Positions 13,772-27,878 of a DNA stretch of 64,000 nt are shown one piece after another. Within the stretch, counting starts at the first letter, position 1; each line of letters starts with the position of its first letter. The position numbers and the translations under genes were made by a program. Under the pieces are notes generated by a model that saw nothing but the letters and a program-made list of their open reading frames with translations, was not told where the DNA came from and made no database searches. The stretch comes from Podarcis melisellensis (Eukaryota). The stretch lies in assembly GCA_964234715.1 (NCBI GenBank), contig OZ174275.1. One strand, written 5' to 3'.

Positions 13772-13975
13772 CAGAGCTTTCCAAACTGTGTCGTGACACA
13801 TGAGTGTGTCGGCTGCAGTGTGCAGGTGTGCCGGGCGAATGCTCCCCGCTTTCCTCCCAGGGCTGGAAAGAGATTAGTTTAACCTCCGGTTTGCTAGTAA
13901 AACTGAATTACTGTGTCGTAAAATGATGCATGTCTAAAAAGTGTGTCACCAACATGAAAAATTTGGAAAGCTTTG
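13772..13975. mobile_element. Non-autonomous DNA transposon (hAT-like TIRs)
   Basis: Terminal inverted repeats cagagctttccaaa / tttggaaagctttg; target-site duplication not clear. Confidence 0.6.
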
Positions 13976-15125
13976 CTTTAACGTGGGTTTGTTGTTTTTT
14001 TTAATGTGGCCCACAACAAGGCAAATCCCAAACTGAGTGTAAGACAGGGCAGGTTTTAGGCTGGAAGCCAGGGCTTGAGGAACACAGGAGTCTGAAGTTG
14101 CTCCCCCAATGAATCAGCTCAAACTGAGCTCTGGTGTTGCAGTAGCAGCAGGAGGATTTTCTGCCTAATTACTAGCAGCACCTATGCTTCAAGATGTTGC
14201 TTTGCTTAAAGGGGCCCAGCCTTCTCCAGTAGTTTTCTACTTTAATGGAATGGGAGAACCTCAGGGCTTCTCCATTTGTCCTTTGACTCAGAGGAAAACA
14301 GTGCTAGAGTAGAGAGGGTGGCTTGGTCCCAATTCCACAAGTTCATTCATCTGGTACCAGTGGTTCTTTCTGGTTTTTTATAATATTTTTTAAAAATTAA
14401 TTTTCAATTACAATAGCCTCATTATAACAATACCATTTTATAATACAATTATTAATACCAATCGTTCAAATACCAAACTATATAATTTAGATAAAGTGGC
14501 CCTCTGCATGCCAGATTTGATTATTTTCTTTATTTCTGCATTCCAAAATCTTATTAATTTCAATTACATTCCGGTCATAATAATAATCCCTTATACAACA
14601 ACTGCAGTATAGCTTCGATTTGTGTTGACACATTAAATGATTTATAAAACTACAAGTGAGGAACTCAAACTATATCCTTGTTCTTCCTGTGTGTGGCAAT
14701 TATTCTGTCCGTGGTGTTTCTTCCTGTCCTTGTAAGATGTTATGCCTTTCTTTCCCCCGGTTGTTGCTGTTACCCGTCATGCCTTAGGCAGAGCTGATAC
14801 CTCCTTGCTGTTCCAGAAATTTCTCCATTAGTGAAATATCACTTTTACCAGTAAAACCTGAGCTGAAATAGTACAGTACAGAGAGCCATAGAGCAGCTGT
14901 GTTTAACCGCTAGTCAACCTTGAGACTCCTGCAGTCACATAGCAGGAAATTCTTTCGGAGCTTCCCCTGTGAAACTGGTTTAACAAGTATTGATAACTAT
15001 CCAAACAGACTTGTGAAAAGAACAGATCTAGGCATGAATGAAACAGGTCCCCGATGATGGATTCTGGAGTCAAGATATTCACCATTTTGAAAGGATATCT
15101 CAAACTGGCCAGGAAAAGGCAATTA

Positions 15126-15343
15126 CAGTGGTACCTTGGGTTACATACGCTTCAGGTTACAGACTCCGCTAACCCAGAAATAGTACCTCGGGTTAAGAAC
15201 TTTGCTTCAGGATGAGAACAGGAATTGTGTGGCGGCGGCAGTAGGAGGCCCCCTTAGCTAAAGTGGTGCTTCAGGTTAAGAACAGTTTCAGGTTAAGAAC
15301 AGACCTCTGGAACGAATTAAGTACGTAACCAGAGGTACCACTG
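15126..15343. mobile_element. Tc1/mariner-pogo (Tigger-like) MITE
   Basis: TA|cagtggtacct...aggtaccactg|TA; closely similar to copies at 16994 and 46338. Confidence 0.85.
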
Positions 15344-15812
15344 TAGAAGCTATTGTCAGGCATCTTGACTGACAGACTTTTAAATATGTTGGCGAAACAT
15401 GAACTCTGAGCATGATCTGATTTACCTCTACAACCCACTTTGTTATGTATCTGTGACATTTTTGGGTGGTCTTTCTGTGACAGGGTGGGTACTATATGAA
15501 GGTTTAAAAATTGTAACAGTCTTTTGTTCTTGGCTTTCCACCTCCTTGCGTGGTGTTGAGGAGAACTCTGCTTGCAAACAGATTGATAAAGGTTGAAGAA
15601 AATATTGGTTTACAGAAAGTGGAAGGAATTGTTGGGTGTTACCTTGGAGTGGATACTTTGAAAAAAAAATTCTATATATAGCTGACAGATGAAGAATTGG
15701 AAGTTCTTTTTCTTTTCTTGCTTTCTTTTTTCTTTTTGGTTTGTGTTTTTATTTACCGTACATAGCCATGAAGCTCAGTGAGTAACCTTATACCAGCAAC
15801 TATCACTTAACC

Positions 15813-16030
15813 CAGTGGTGTCCAAACTTTTTTCAAAGTGGGCCAGATTTGATGGAGTGAAGGGCCGTGAGAGCCGACCAAAGAGCCGACCAAAGTTGTT
15901 AACCTTTCTTTAGGATTGAAGTTGTTGAGGTTTTTAAAGGATTTTACCCCACGAAATAAACTGATATAAAGCAGATTAAACCGACCAGCGGGCCGGATTA
16001 GGCCCCCCAAATGGACTTTGGACATGCCCG
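15813..16030. mobile_element. Non-autonomous hAT element
   Basis: Perfect 8-bp TSD acttaacc (15805-15812, 16031-16038); imperfect TIR cagtggtgtccaaa / tttggacatgcccg. Confidence 0.8.
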
Positions 16031-16677
16031 ACTTAACCTATGTCACAGGGTTGCTGTGGGTCAGGGGATAGTGTAGTTGTATATATCAGTGTGACATGTA
16101 TTTCACATTCAGCTTCTTGGAGGAAAGCTGTCATATAAATGGTACTTAGTAAGGATGATAATAGGCTATTGAAGGCTCTATATATGCACAGCCCCGTACT
16201 ATTTTGTTATTGATAGACTCACACATTTCAATGACACAGGCATCTGTCACAGTTAGTTATTTTCTTTCCATTGGAGAAGAGCTCCCTTTTGTGTTTGTCT
16301 TTTCAGCTAATTGCATACCAACTGGGAGAGGCAGCCAGTCTGCATTCCAAAGGCACTGTGAAATTGACATGTCAAATCCCACTTATAAAATAATAATTTA
16401 TTGGTTTTCATTCATAGGACTGCTCCTGAAGCCTGCTTCTTTTACAAGCACGGAGTTGTGTGGGTGACTGCCCGTGAGTCACATAAAAATATGTCAGGGT
16501 TCTTGGGAAAGATCTGCTTGACTGGTGGGTGGTAATAAACATGCATCTCTCCCCAGTTACAGTTTTAGTCATTTGAGTCATCCGTGGGAAGACTTGTGAA
16601 TGAAAATTGTAATATGGGACAGGGTCCCCATTTTCAGCATCTGTTGGAACACTTGAACTAGAGGGGAAGATCAGACT

Positions 16678-16702
16678 ACAACAACAACAACAACAACAAC
16701 AA
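16678..16702. repeat. (CAA)n microsatellite
   Basis: About 8 CAA units. Confidence 0.9.
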
Positions 16703-16993
16703 CTTGAGAATAGTTGATTATTAAGAGAGCCAATATTGTAGCAGGTAAAGAAGTTACTGCCATGGTCTCCACCCCCCATTCCACCAAGAGGATATGACCC
16801 TCTGTCATGTGGCATATTGTGCTCCAATATTGCAACAGAAATCCATACACAGAAAAAGACTTATCAGTTATGGCTTGGATGATTTACCTGAAGCATTGCG
16901 GGTCTGTGCTCATGTAATATAACCATGTTAAAACTGCCAAGTATCCTTTGGCTGAGATGGTCTTCTAAGTGCTTCTGTCCTCCAATTAAAATA

Positions 16994-17218
16994 CAGTGGT
17001 ACCTCGGGTTACATACGCTTCAGGTTACATACGCTTCAGGTTACAGACACCGCTAACCCAGAAATATTACCTCGGGTTAAGAACTTTGCTTCAGGATGAG
17101 AATAGAAATCGTGCTCTGGTGGCGCAGCAGCAGCAGGAGGCCCCATTAGCTAAAGTGGTGCTTCAGGTTAAGAACAGACCTCCGGAACGAATTAAGTACT
17201 TAACCCGAGGTACCACTG
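16994..17218. mobile_element. Tc1/mariner-pogo (Tigger-like) MITE
   Basis: TA TSD; TIR cagtggtacctcgggtta / taacccgaggtaccactg; short internal tandem duplication of ggttacatacgcttca. Confidence 0.9.
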
Positions 17219-17734
17219 TATATTTTTTTAAAACCCATGTAGAAGTAAAACAGATAAAGCATCTATGCTCCTTGCCTGTATGTAGCAAGGAACACTAACT
17301 GAAGAGCCAAATGACTCTAAAACTATTCAGATAAATAAAATAAATAAAACTAGACTAGATTGTAGAGCTCAAGGACAAGAAGCCTTACTTGCTGCCATCT
17401 TCACCCGGACGTCTCCCGGAAGTCTTACTTGCTGCCCATCAGGCAAGCCAACTCTAGGAGCCGACATGTTTCCAGCCCCCTCAATATTTGTTGGAAAGGG
17501 GCCGAGGCACCTCAGTGTTGAGGGGGCCGGGCACGCATCACAGCTTCAGCAGCTGGCTCCTTCAGAGCATTTGGCCTCCTCCAGATGACATGATGTCACA
17601 CGTGTGATGTCACACACGTGCAATGTGCATCAGGCCCCCTCAGTCTTGGGGGCAACCTGGCACCTCTGCTGCCCATGTATATCAAAGTCTGATGATTTTA
17701 TGATGGGATTACAGAAGGGATACAAGAGAAAGTA

Positions 17735-18132
17735 GTATATTTTTCATGTATAAGACGGCCCCTTTATGGAACCCCAAATTAATATTTTTTGGTGGAGGTT
17801 GCCCAAAGTTCTTGGGGAGGTCACCCTTCACTTGTTGAGCTTTTTAGGGGATAGTTCGCCAAAATTATTGAGCTTTTTTTGGGAGGTGGTTGCCCTTGAG
17901 TTGCTTAGCTTGGAAGGAGGTCGCTGCCACCAATTGCTCATCTGCCTGCTCACCACAGCTTACAATCCTCCGCCCACCTGCTCATCGTAGGCAACAATGC
18001 TTCACATGCCCACTTGCTGCCACCACCAACAATCATCCGCCTCTGCATTCACTATTTGTATACAAGACAACCCCAATTTTTGCCTGAACTTTCCAAGCAA
18101 AAAACCATCATCTTATACACGGAAAAATACGG
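17735..18132. mobile_element. Tc1/mariner-type non-autonomous element
   Basis: Termini tatttttcatgtataagac / tcttatacacggaaaaatacgg|TA, related to the 57664 element. Confidence 0.6.
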
Positions 18133-18821
18133 TATATACTAAAATATCCAGGCAGCAGCATGTGAATCAGACATGCAATGCAACGCCACTGCTGGGAAAT
18201 GGAGTACTTAAGAGATAAGGGCGTTTGCTGAACAGAAGATTAGCATATCGGCACTGCTTATTGTTGTGCATGAATAGAGGAGTGAGTCACTATAATCATA
18301 CTAAGCCAGCAAAGTGCACAAGAGAAGTTGATCTTGGAACAGAAGTAATTTCAAAGAACAATATATAATGTTCTTACAAAGAGATGAATGCTCAAATAAC
18401 CCCACACTTCCTGAACCTCTATCTCAAGTACTCAAGTGTGTTTTATCAACCACTCTGATTTCTCCCACCCACTTCAGGTTCCTTTCCCCTTGCACCTCAA
18501 ATTAATTGAAGCAGTTGCTATAACAGCGGCAGAAATATTGTCACAACTTCTCATTCATTTGCTCATTGCAAAACCGAAGACATGTGCATGCAGACCAGCC
18601 TGCCTCTTCTCATCCACTGGAAAGAAAACGGCTTGGGAGAGAGTGGGGTTGTTCTTTGCCTGCTAAAAGTCCAGAGGAAAGGATCAAGAAGCACTCTCTC
18701 TCATAGGATTTCCAGATTCCAACTCTTGAAACTGCACCATGGGTGTATTCAGGAGGAAATGACGCCTGACTTGAACACCATGTGTAGTTTTAAATGACTT
18801 TAAAATGATAGAGTTGCAACT

Positions 18822-19020
18822 TAGAATCATAGAATGTAGAATTGGAAGGGACGCCAGGGGTCATCTTGTTCTACCTCCTGCAATGCAGGAATCTCAACTG
18901 AAATATCCATGGCAGATGGCCATACAATCTCTGCATAACAACCTTCAAGGAAGGAGAATCCACCACTTCCCGAGGGAGTCCATTCCACTGTCGAACAGCT
19001 CGTACTGTCAGAAAGTTCTT
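18822..19020 (-). mobile_element. CR1 LINE 3' fragment
   Basis: agaatcatagaat tail (reverse complement of the CR1 attctatgattct terminus); similar to 26575-26880. Confidence 0.7.
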
Positions 19021-19826
19021 TTACAAAATAATTTGACTGAACCATCATAACAGGATTTTTTTTTTAATACTTACCTTCCATCTTGTGCTGAATGGATTTT
19101 TATCCTATGAATACACAAATTGTTTTCCTTGGTAATGCTTCATTGATGACCTAGAAAGCAAGGATAGGATGGTTGCTAAGCGGGGAGTTTTTATGTGTCC
19201 TCCTGCCTCATAATTTGCGGGGCAATAATTATGGATACTTCCTTAATAGTTGGGCAGTATCTTCATTCCCACCCCCATCACACTAAGTGCCTGTCACTTG
19301 AGAGATGTGAGTAAAAATAGGTTCCGGTTTCCACATTTGATCACCAGTACACAGAAGGCCAGAGCTAAAAGTATTTGCAAAAGCGCCAGATCATTCTACT
19401 GACCCAGCTTCCATTAGCCAACAGCAGTTACAAGGAAACTGTTGCCTGAGGCAGGGCAGGCCTGTTCTCCCTGCAAAGTGCTGAGCATCTGAAGCTGAGT
19501 GTGGAGAAGATGCAACATGCGCCCGCGATCTCTTTGCTCTCCATTCTTACTCAGCAGAGAACTTGTGTTTCCACTTGAATACACAAAGCAAAGAATATGC
19601 TCTGTCTGGCAGAGAGCTGAAAAAATCTGGTGGTAGTTAACACAGCAGTTCAATCAAGACCCACCTGAGTCAGAAACTCTATTCTTGAAATAACATTCTA
19701 CCTCTTCTGTTGGTCTTCCTTTTTTTTATTCTTAATAAAACTAAACTCTCTAACATTGCTGTAGGAGTCTTGGGTGCATTTTTGCCAAATTAAAAGGAAT
19801 TACCCCCGCCCCGCAAGGGCCTAGCT

Positions 19827-20078
19827 CAGCGGTCAGCAAACCTTTTCAGCAGGGGCCGGTCCACTGTCCCTCAGACCTTGTGGGGGGCCAAACTATATTT
19901 TGAAGAGAGAGAATATGAACAAATTCCTATGCCCCACAAATAACCCAGATATTCATTTTAAATAAAAGGACACATTCTACTCATGTAAAAACACGCTGAT
20001 TCCCAGGCCATCCGCGGGCCGGATTTAGAAGGCGATTGGGCTGAATCTGGCCCCCAGGCCTTAGTTTGCCTACCCATG
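19827..20078. mobile_element. Non-autonomous hAT (Charlie-like) element
   Basis: 8-bp TSD gcctagct/gcctagat; TIR cagcggtcagcaaac / gtttgcctacccatg. Confidence 0.8.
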
Positions 20079-20614
20079 GCCTAGATTGACCTGCTACATG
20101 GATAGATGTGGAGTTTGACTGGGAAAAGCAAGCTATGCTGTCCTCTGTGGGAGAGACAGGTAAGCTGGATGCTCTCTATGCTTCCCTGAACATTTGCTTT
20201 GGATCCCTGGAAAGTGCTCCTGCCTGGCATTAGAGTGAATCAAAGAGGCTGGGGTAGCCACCTTTAAGAGCCTGTTGCATGTCTGGTCTACCTAGACAGG
20301 CAGTCATGGAAGGGAGGGAGTAAAAGGCCCCACCTACTTCAGTTACCAGCGAAGTTTTCTGTTGGGGTGAAGGATGCCATCAGTTGGTACTTTGAGAGGA
20401 CATTAGGAGGGAAGATTGTTTGCCTAACCAAGATCAGTTTTATCAGAGGTTTGGACTGCCAAAGAGATTCTAAGTTGTCTCTCTGCAGTATATGTGTTTG
20501 TTAAGGAACGTTCATTTGCCATTTGCTTCCAATACATTTGCTGCCTGAGGTAAATGACAAGATGACAAGGACATTGTTATCACATACAGAAGCTGCCTAG
20601 AGTAGAGGTTAAAC

Positions 20615-20750
20615 CAGGCTTCCTCAAACTCAGCCCTCCTGGTGTTTTGAGACTGCAATTCCCATCCTCCCTGACCACTGGTCCTGCTAGCTAGGGATCA
20701 TGGGAGTTGTACACCAAAAACATCTGGAGGGCCAAGTTTGAGGAAGCCTG
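20615..20750. mobile_element. Palindromic hAT MITE (136 bp)
   Basis: 8-bp TSD ggttaaac/ggttagac; TIR caggcttcctcaaact / agtttgaggaagcctg; same internal sequence as 43393-43528. Confidence 0.85.
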
Positions 20751-21417
20751 GGTTAGACCTTCCTTTAATACTTCCCAACAATGAATGAGAAGTAGATGCA
20801 AGAATTTGCAAGGGACACAGAAAAAGTAAGCTTTCCTCACTAATCGATAATTTTCGTCATTCTGTAGTTGTTGTTTTTCTTTTGAGCTTCCTAGAGCTCT
20901 ATCTCCAACACCGATAGGACTGTGCTCACCCTCCTTTCTCTCTCTTTCACTTTCAGGCACAGCTCCCTGCCAGATTATTTGCAGACTGTGCACAGAACCG
21001 AAAAGGGTTCTTGGCAGTATTTCTAGCAGAAAGAATGCCAAGTATAAGGTCAGGTCCACAGGGTGGAAGAGTAAATAGACAAAACACGTATGTGTTGAGA
21101 GGCATTTAAAGAGACCAAACATGGCCAGACATGAAGGTCTTTCCAATAATTACACTTATTGCATTTTAGAACCTAAAATTGTTCTAAAATGCAACAATAA
21201 TTTGTTGCATTTCAGAACCTGGTCCCAAAGCCCAGTTGTGATCCATCCAGTCACTTTCTAATCCCCTTGAAACAAAGCATTTAACTGTGGCTGCTTCGTC
21301 AAGCATAAAATTAATCCATTTATTATTTTATGTGTCCGCAGAGTGTTAGTCTTACAGCAGAAACAAAAATAAGTATTGTGGCAGCTTAAACATACTTTAG
21401 AGGTCTTCAGACTACAG

Positions 21418-21520
21418 GGGTTGGATGGCCATCTGTCGTGGATGCTTTAGCAGAGATTACTGCATTGCAGGGAGTTGGACTAGATGTCTCTTGAAGTCCC
21501 TTCCAACTCTGATTCTATGA
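21418..21520 (+). mobile_element. CR1 LINE 3' end
   Basis: ttggactagatg...cccttccaactctgattctatga, a typical CR1 terminus. Confidence 0.65.
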
Positions 21521-21548
21521 TCTGCTTTGACAAATATCATTCATTTGT

Positions 21549-21851
21549 ATACCTGAAAGAGCCATTCAACCCGGACACTGAGGTCCAGCGCTGAGGGCCT
21601 TCTGGTGGTTCCTTCACTGTGAGAAGTGAAGTTACAGGGATCCAGGCAGAGGACCTTTTTGGTAGTGGCGCCCACCCTGTGGAACGCCTTCCCACCAGAT
21701 GTCAAAGATATTAACAACTATCTGACATTTAGAAGATATCTGACGGCAGCCCTGTTAAGGGAAGTTTTTAATGACTGATGTTTTAGTGTATTTTAAATCT
21801 TTTGTTGGAAGTGGCTGGGGAAACCCAGCCAGTTGGGCGGGGTATAAATAA

Positions 21852-21902
<51 letters not shown>
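21549..21902 (+). mobile_element. 5'-truncated L2-type LINE with (ATT)n tail
   Basis: Encodes a degenerate VVAPTLWNA motif typical of the L2 ORF2 C-terminus, then the shared 3' terminus and (ATT)n at about 21852-21902. Confidence 0.75.
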
Positions 21903-24900
21903 GTAGGTAGCCGTGCTGGACTGACGCAGTCAAAAGCTTCTACCCAGAACAAACTTAGTTGGTCTCTAAGGTGCTACTGGACAATTTTTTAAATTATTAT
22001 TATTATTCAGTGTTCCAGCCAGCCACATCTTCTAGAGGTACTCCATATCTATTCCCATCCCTCTGGTTTCCTACTCCTCCCACCGAACCAAATACTCTAC
22101 ATTTTGTGGGCCCCTGCGCATGCTCCGTTGTCATGGAGTGTTTTAGCTTCACACACCCCACCCAAGTTTACTAGTAACTCCCTCTTGTGTGCAGCTAGTG
22201 CAGCTTTGGCTGCAAGAATACATTTTGCTGCTTGTCATTTCCCCTATAGCAGTGTTGTGGGAGGGAGGCTTAGCATTTGAATTCAACCATCAATCAGAGT
22301 GGTTGGCAAGTTTCCCCTTTTTTTCCACAGCTATCAGGATTCCAACCAGCTGCCGTCTTCTATTACTTTTAGCAAACACCTGTATCAATGGGCTCTGCTT
22401 CATTGCCCCATTTAAATGGGCGATTTGCGTGAAAGTTTTAAAAGGTGGGCTTCTTCTAGTGAACTCGGAGCTACGTTAAGACATTTAGTGTCTAGGTGCC
22501 AGCTTCCTCACGAAGCATAGGCATGAACCAAACGTAAGTCCAGGTAACCTTCCCATATTTTCTTCTAATGTAACCTGCTCTGGGATTAACTTTAGTAATA
22601 AAATTGAAAATAGGCTAGAGCATGCATTTTAATTCTGTTTAGTGGGAGCATCTGTAGGACTGGGCAGATTCATTGCTAACTTCAGAGTGAGCATCAGTTC
22701 TTGGAAGCTTGGTCTATGAACTCAACCATTACAGACAAAACTCTTCCTAACTGGAGAGAAGTCACAAGGTGGCTAAACCTTCCATCTGGATATCAGCCTC
22801 CTACGCTCAAACCTATCCTGATGTGTTCAGAATTCCACGTTAATGTGAATATAGCATCCCATGCCACCCTTGGTTTGGTTTTTAATGCGTCTGTTTCATG
22901 AAGCACTATTTTGTTGTTTGGGTTAAATGGGTAAGTCAATAAAAATACTTACCCAAAAAACTTTCAAAATACTATTGTAAGAAAATTCCAGATGTTGATC
23001 AGTGTGAGTGTCTCTTAATGTCATGTCTGAAAGCTTGTCCTCTCATTTTAGCTGCTGTGTAGATTATAGCAGGATTATTCTGCCTTCCAATTTACAAGGT
23101 TAAATTATTTGAGCTATCAACTGCTCAGCAATCCCTTGTTTGAGCATTGCCAGGTTTTATATCTCACACACTCTAGTATCCCAAAACATTCTTTGGTAAA
23201 GGTTAAAAGCAAAGATATTATTAGACAGAGTTGGCACCAACTGGAGGTGGAGGAAGCATACACTGCCATCTATTAGTATTTCTGTTTGCCCTAGAAAAAA
23301 AGCATTAAATTTTCTCACTTAAAGGTTTTTTTTTAATCTTTCTATGTTTATACACATAAGCAAAACAGATTAACTGGCCTGTGAATGGCTTAAATTGCTG
23401 TAACTGCTGTAATGGCTTAAATTACTGTAACTTTCATATTTTTCACACTAAATACTAAAACCTCAGCTTCTGGAAGGCAGACAAGCTGTACAACACAGTA
23501 ATTCTTCCACACTGTGTAGACCTAACCCAATATGGATCACTGGCGGGGAAAATTTTGCAAAATTGCACTAGACTGCACATGTTCTAACACAAAAATACCA
23601 GATGATGGATACTGAGTTTAGTCTGTATTCACTATCACTCCATTACTGAGCTGCTCTCAGACCAGGAAAAGGTCCACTTCAGATTGTGCCTGTTTTGGAA
23701 GCACAAGCCAGCATGGAAAAAACCAAAACACAGGCACGCATAACCAGTGTGCCCAGAAACAAACTTATTAAGCTAAGTGCAGAACATTCCTATTAAAAAT
23801 GGATGGGCAAGGCTTTAAGTGAGAGTCACAAAGAATGAAAATAACCGTGCAGTCTACTCTTTCCGAATGAAATATTAAACGGAGGAAAACTGTAGGTGTT
23901 GATGTCACAAAGATCAGTTGTAGTTGGAAACCACAGCGTCGTACTTCCAGGTAGTGTCCCAGAGCACTTCAGAGAAGTAGGTAATTTGAAGAAACATTGT
24001 CTTCCATCCGCAAATGAATATAATCTTAAGAGGTTAACCGTTTATTTGCTTATAATGCAGAATCTGCTTAATTCTCACACTTCTGATCTGTCCGTTATTC
24101 AAAAATGGTACATCCAATTGGAATAGTTATTCTTCTTCACTGCAAAGAAGAGAACTTCTGTATTTGGAGGGTGGAGATGTACTTTTAAACTTTTTTTTGT
24201 ACAAATGCAGGCAAAAATAATGGTATCACACCCTCCAATTAAATAACAGAAGCCCAACAAGCATTTGTAAACAAAGTCTAAAACACAATGTCATCCTGTT
24301 AAGTCAGCCAAGGCTTTCCTTCAAGCCTGAATAGAAAAAAGGCATTGCTGGGCCTGGGGGAGTGATATGCCATCACTTTGGGATGGATGGACAGATGATC
24401 AATGATGTTAGAACTCTTTGAATAAATTAAGAACTGGAGTACAGCTTCACCAAATTCTCTTACTAGTGGGTAAAACATATGGAAGGTGGTCTCTTTAAAG
24501 TGGCACAAGTCATGTCAGTCTTTGGAGTTCTACACCAACACTCTGAATTACTCTGTGAAGCTGATAGGCAGGCAGAGCAGTTGCTGCAGCAAGAGTTTTG
24601 CACCATCCCAATACCCCACATGAGAAAGGACCACCATCACATAGAAAGCACATTTTCAGTAGTTAGCACTAGGGGCTGCATAGATGGTACTTAAACTTTT
24701 CCAGATATGGATAGAGGTAACAAATATGCTGCAGAAATTCATTCTCCTCATAAATCTGTTACCTGCTTAAGTTTAGGAATCACTCTCAGAGACAGTGACA
24801 GTCAACTAAGGGTAAGAAAATGTGAACAGCCATGAGTAGCCCACCACCTTCCCAAGTCAAAGCACACCACTCAGCATTTCAATGCAGACCTATGCTGGGT

Positions 24901-26574
24901 CTTACCTTACCTCCTGTTCATATTGTTCCACATCATCCTCAATTAAGCCACAACCACTCCCATACATTGTGATTAGGGAGAATGGACTGAAAATCTAACT
25001 GTGCAACTTTGACAGAATTAGGCCTTGTCACCTCTTGAAATTAAAATGGTTCAGAACCATAAGACAGATACGTTTCTTAGACAAGAGTCCCAAGTAGCCC
25101 ATGTTAAAAATTATGTTAAAGGGCTCCTTTAGAATTGTAACTAGCCAAATTCATTGTACCCCATCTTCCCATTGACCGAGGAAAAAAGGGGGGTGTAAAA
25201 TCATAATTACAAGAGAAAACACTGTTATATGCAAGTTAAGACCATGCCATATCAACGGTTTTTATTTAAAGCCTTAAAATTGAACTGTTGTTACTATTTA
25301 TGTAGACAAATCTTAGGAGTTCACAAAGATCAAACAGATTTCAATTGCAGCAACATGATACAGTACAGAAAGTTGATGCGTCAGGAAACTGGGATCTCAA
25401 GCTATGTAAGGCGTGGAGCTCAGTGTGGAGCAGAAGATCTCTTAAGATACAAACCATTTGGAATCTGTCCTGGGTCACCGGCATTCTTTTTTAAAACTGA
25501 TGAGTAGCAATAAACACTTAGCCAAAGAGAAGAGCTGTGAATTTGTGTGAGCCACGCTGATCCCACCTTCTCGCTTATGTTTCAGATACTTTTCTATATT
25601 TGCTTGGATCCACTTTTCTTTCTCTCTCCACCCCCCCCCCCCCAGCAAGCTGTACTCAGCATATTATTGCTTGTAAGCAACCAAGAAAATCACTGTTACT
25701 GGATGGCATATATATGCTGCATAAAATGTTCTTAAACATGATTGCTTATTTTAGCAGTCATTTCCTCCTCTTTCTGGGCTGAATGTTAGTCTGACAGGCT
25801 CAGAATATCCAGAGATCCTTTAAAATAAAAACAAAAACCTTCTACTCATCTAGACTAGACAAAAATTAAGTTTTCAAATTAGTATTAATATGTGGTGGTG
25901 TTATTTTTAGAAATATTCCATATATTTAAAGTTTCAAGATTACGTGAATGTCAGCTCATTTTTCAGTGAAAGAAGCAACACTGACCTCCCCCCCCCCGTG
26001 CCTCATTTCTACCGAACTTCTACTGTAATACAGAAAGTGAAATTTGTGTATCTCATCCCATCTAAGGTCCTGTACTGACTGAATAATGTGACAAGTAAAG
26101 AAAGACCTGTTATGCACTTCCACCTTAAATAAGTAGTTAAATTGTTGGATGGAACCAACTGAATCCATTTTGTGTTTCATCCAAGCTTAAACACAATGTA
26201 GAAAATGAAGACGCTAATAAAAAAATGGTTAGGCCTGTAATCTTATGCATGCTTACCCAGAAGGTCCCAGAGAGAGAGAGACACTCTGGAGTACTCAGAG
26301 AGACACTGAGTAAACATGCACAAAATTGCTCATGCGAGTGAAATTCAACATTAGCCATTTTCAGAATATATCCACTGAAATCAATTGTTTTAAGTAACTT
26401 GTCCATTGATTTCAGGCAGTCTACTATGCATGATTTAGTCAGATTTCACCCTGAAGTAACCATGCAACATTAAATTTCTTCAATTTAGGGTTTTATATTA
26501 GTACTCATTGGTACTAGGGGTTCATGTGACCTTTAGCATATGACTGTAATATGTACAGCATATACATAGCATAT

Positions 26575-26880
26575 ATGTAGCCTTGGAAAGAAGCCCAAGA
26601 GTTATCTAATCCAACCCCTTGCAATGCAGGAATTTCAATTAGATCATACATGATAGAAGGCCATCCAACCTCAGTTTAAAAAACTCCAAGGAAGGAGAGA
26701 GTCCACCACCTCTCATGGGAGTCTGTTCCACTGTCAAACAGCTCTTACAGTCAGAAAGTTCTTCCTGATGTTTAGTCGGAATCTCCTTTTTTGTAACTTG
26801 AATCCATTGGTTCAAGGTGCTGGCTTCCAGAGCAGGAGAAAACAAACTTGCTCCATATGACAGCCCTTTAGATATTTGAA
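26575..26880 (-). mobile_element. CR1 LINE 3' fragment
   Basis: Degenerate CR1 RT C-terminus (SLEFFKLRLDGLLSCM) in ORF 26639-26845; similar to the 18822 copy. Confidence 0.7.
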
Positions 26881-27878
26881 TATTACTATAAATGCAACTT
26901 TAGACATTTTGAAATGAGATTTTGCTACTAATTTCTATTTCAAAGCACAAAATGTTTTAAGTTAAAGTTTCTACACAGCTTAAACAACTTCATAAATTCA
27001 ACAAACATCATATTCAGGAATTTGTTTATTTTTGGTTTACAAACAAAGGCACCCAATATTTCTATTTTATAAAAGCTTATGATTTAAAATTTTGTTTTCA
27101 GAATCGGTTCCTACAGCAGAAAGCTACATTGCAGGGTAATGTTCTTCTATGGTCCCAAATTTTAAAGTTCTGGCAGGCCTTCTGAGTGATCCATTTCAGA
27201 ATGCTCTTCTCTCACTTTAGATTGGATAGTTTCTTCAAATCAATTAGACTTTTCAGACTAATACCCAAAATTATGAATCTTGTTTATGTTAATTAACAAG
27301 TCTGAAATTACTGAAGTTGCAACATTAGTATGAACACCAAAACTGAAGGAACCTTTACAATCTAGATTTATGTGGAATGCTAGAACATTATTGCGACATA
27401 GTTATGTTATTTCTTTGTATGAGAAAACTAGGTAACCATTCAAATTAAATGGAAATCCTAGGAATCCAATATGGCAGCCATACTGGAAGTTAAACTAGTG
27501 TGGAAAATTAAACAATTCCATCAGTTATTTAGAGATCTTTTAAAATCGTAGTATGGATCCCGGTGCAATTTTCTCAGCTGCATTAGCTTCAGGAGTAAGC
27601 AGTAATTTGTTCCATAAAAACAGTACAGTGAGAAAATGAACTCAGCATCTAAGCATCTTACAATTGCCTCTCACCAAGTTCAACCACACACACACGTACG
27701 TATATACACAAATCAAAGTGGCTTGTTGGGTTCCAGGCACCTTGTGCAAAAGTTTACAACGTACTAAAATGCCAAGTAAATATTCAAGTTCAATGAGAAA
27801 GAATTAGGGGAGCAGCTGTAGCAGATACAGTAGGAATATTGCACCCAACTGTAAAACCTTAAATCACTAAATCCACAA

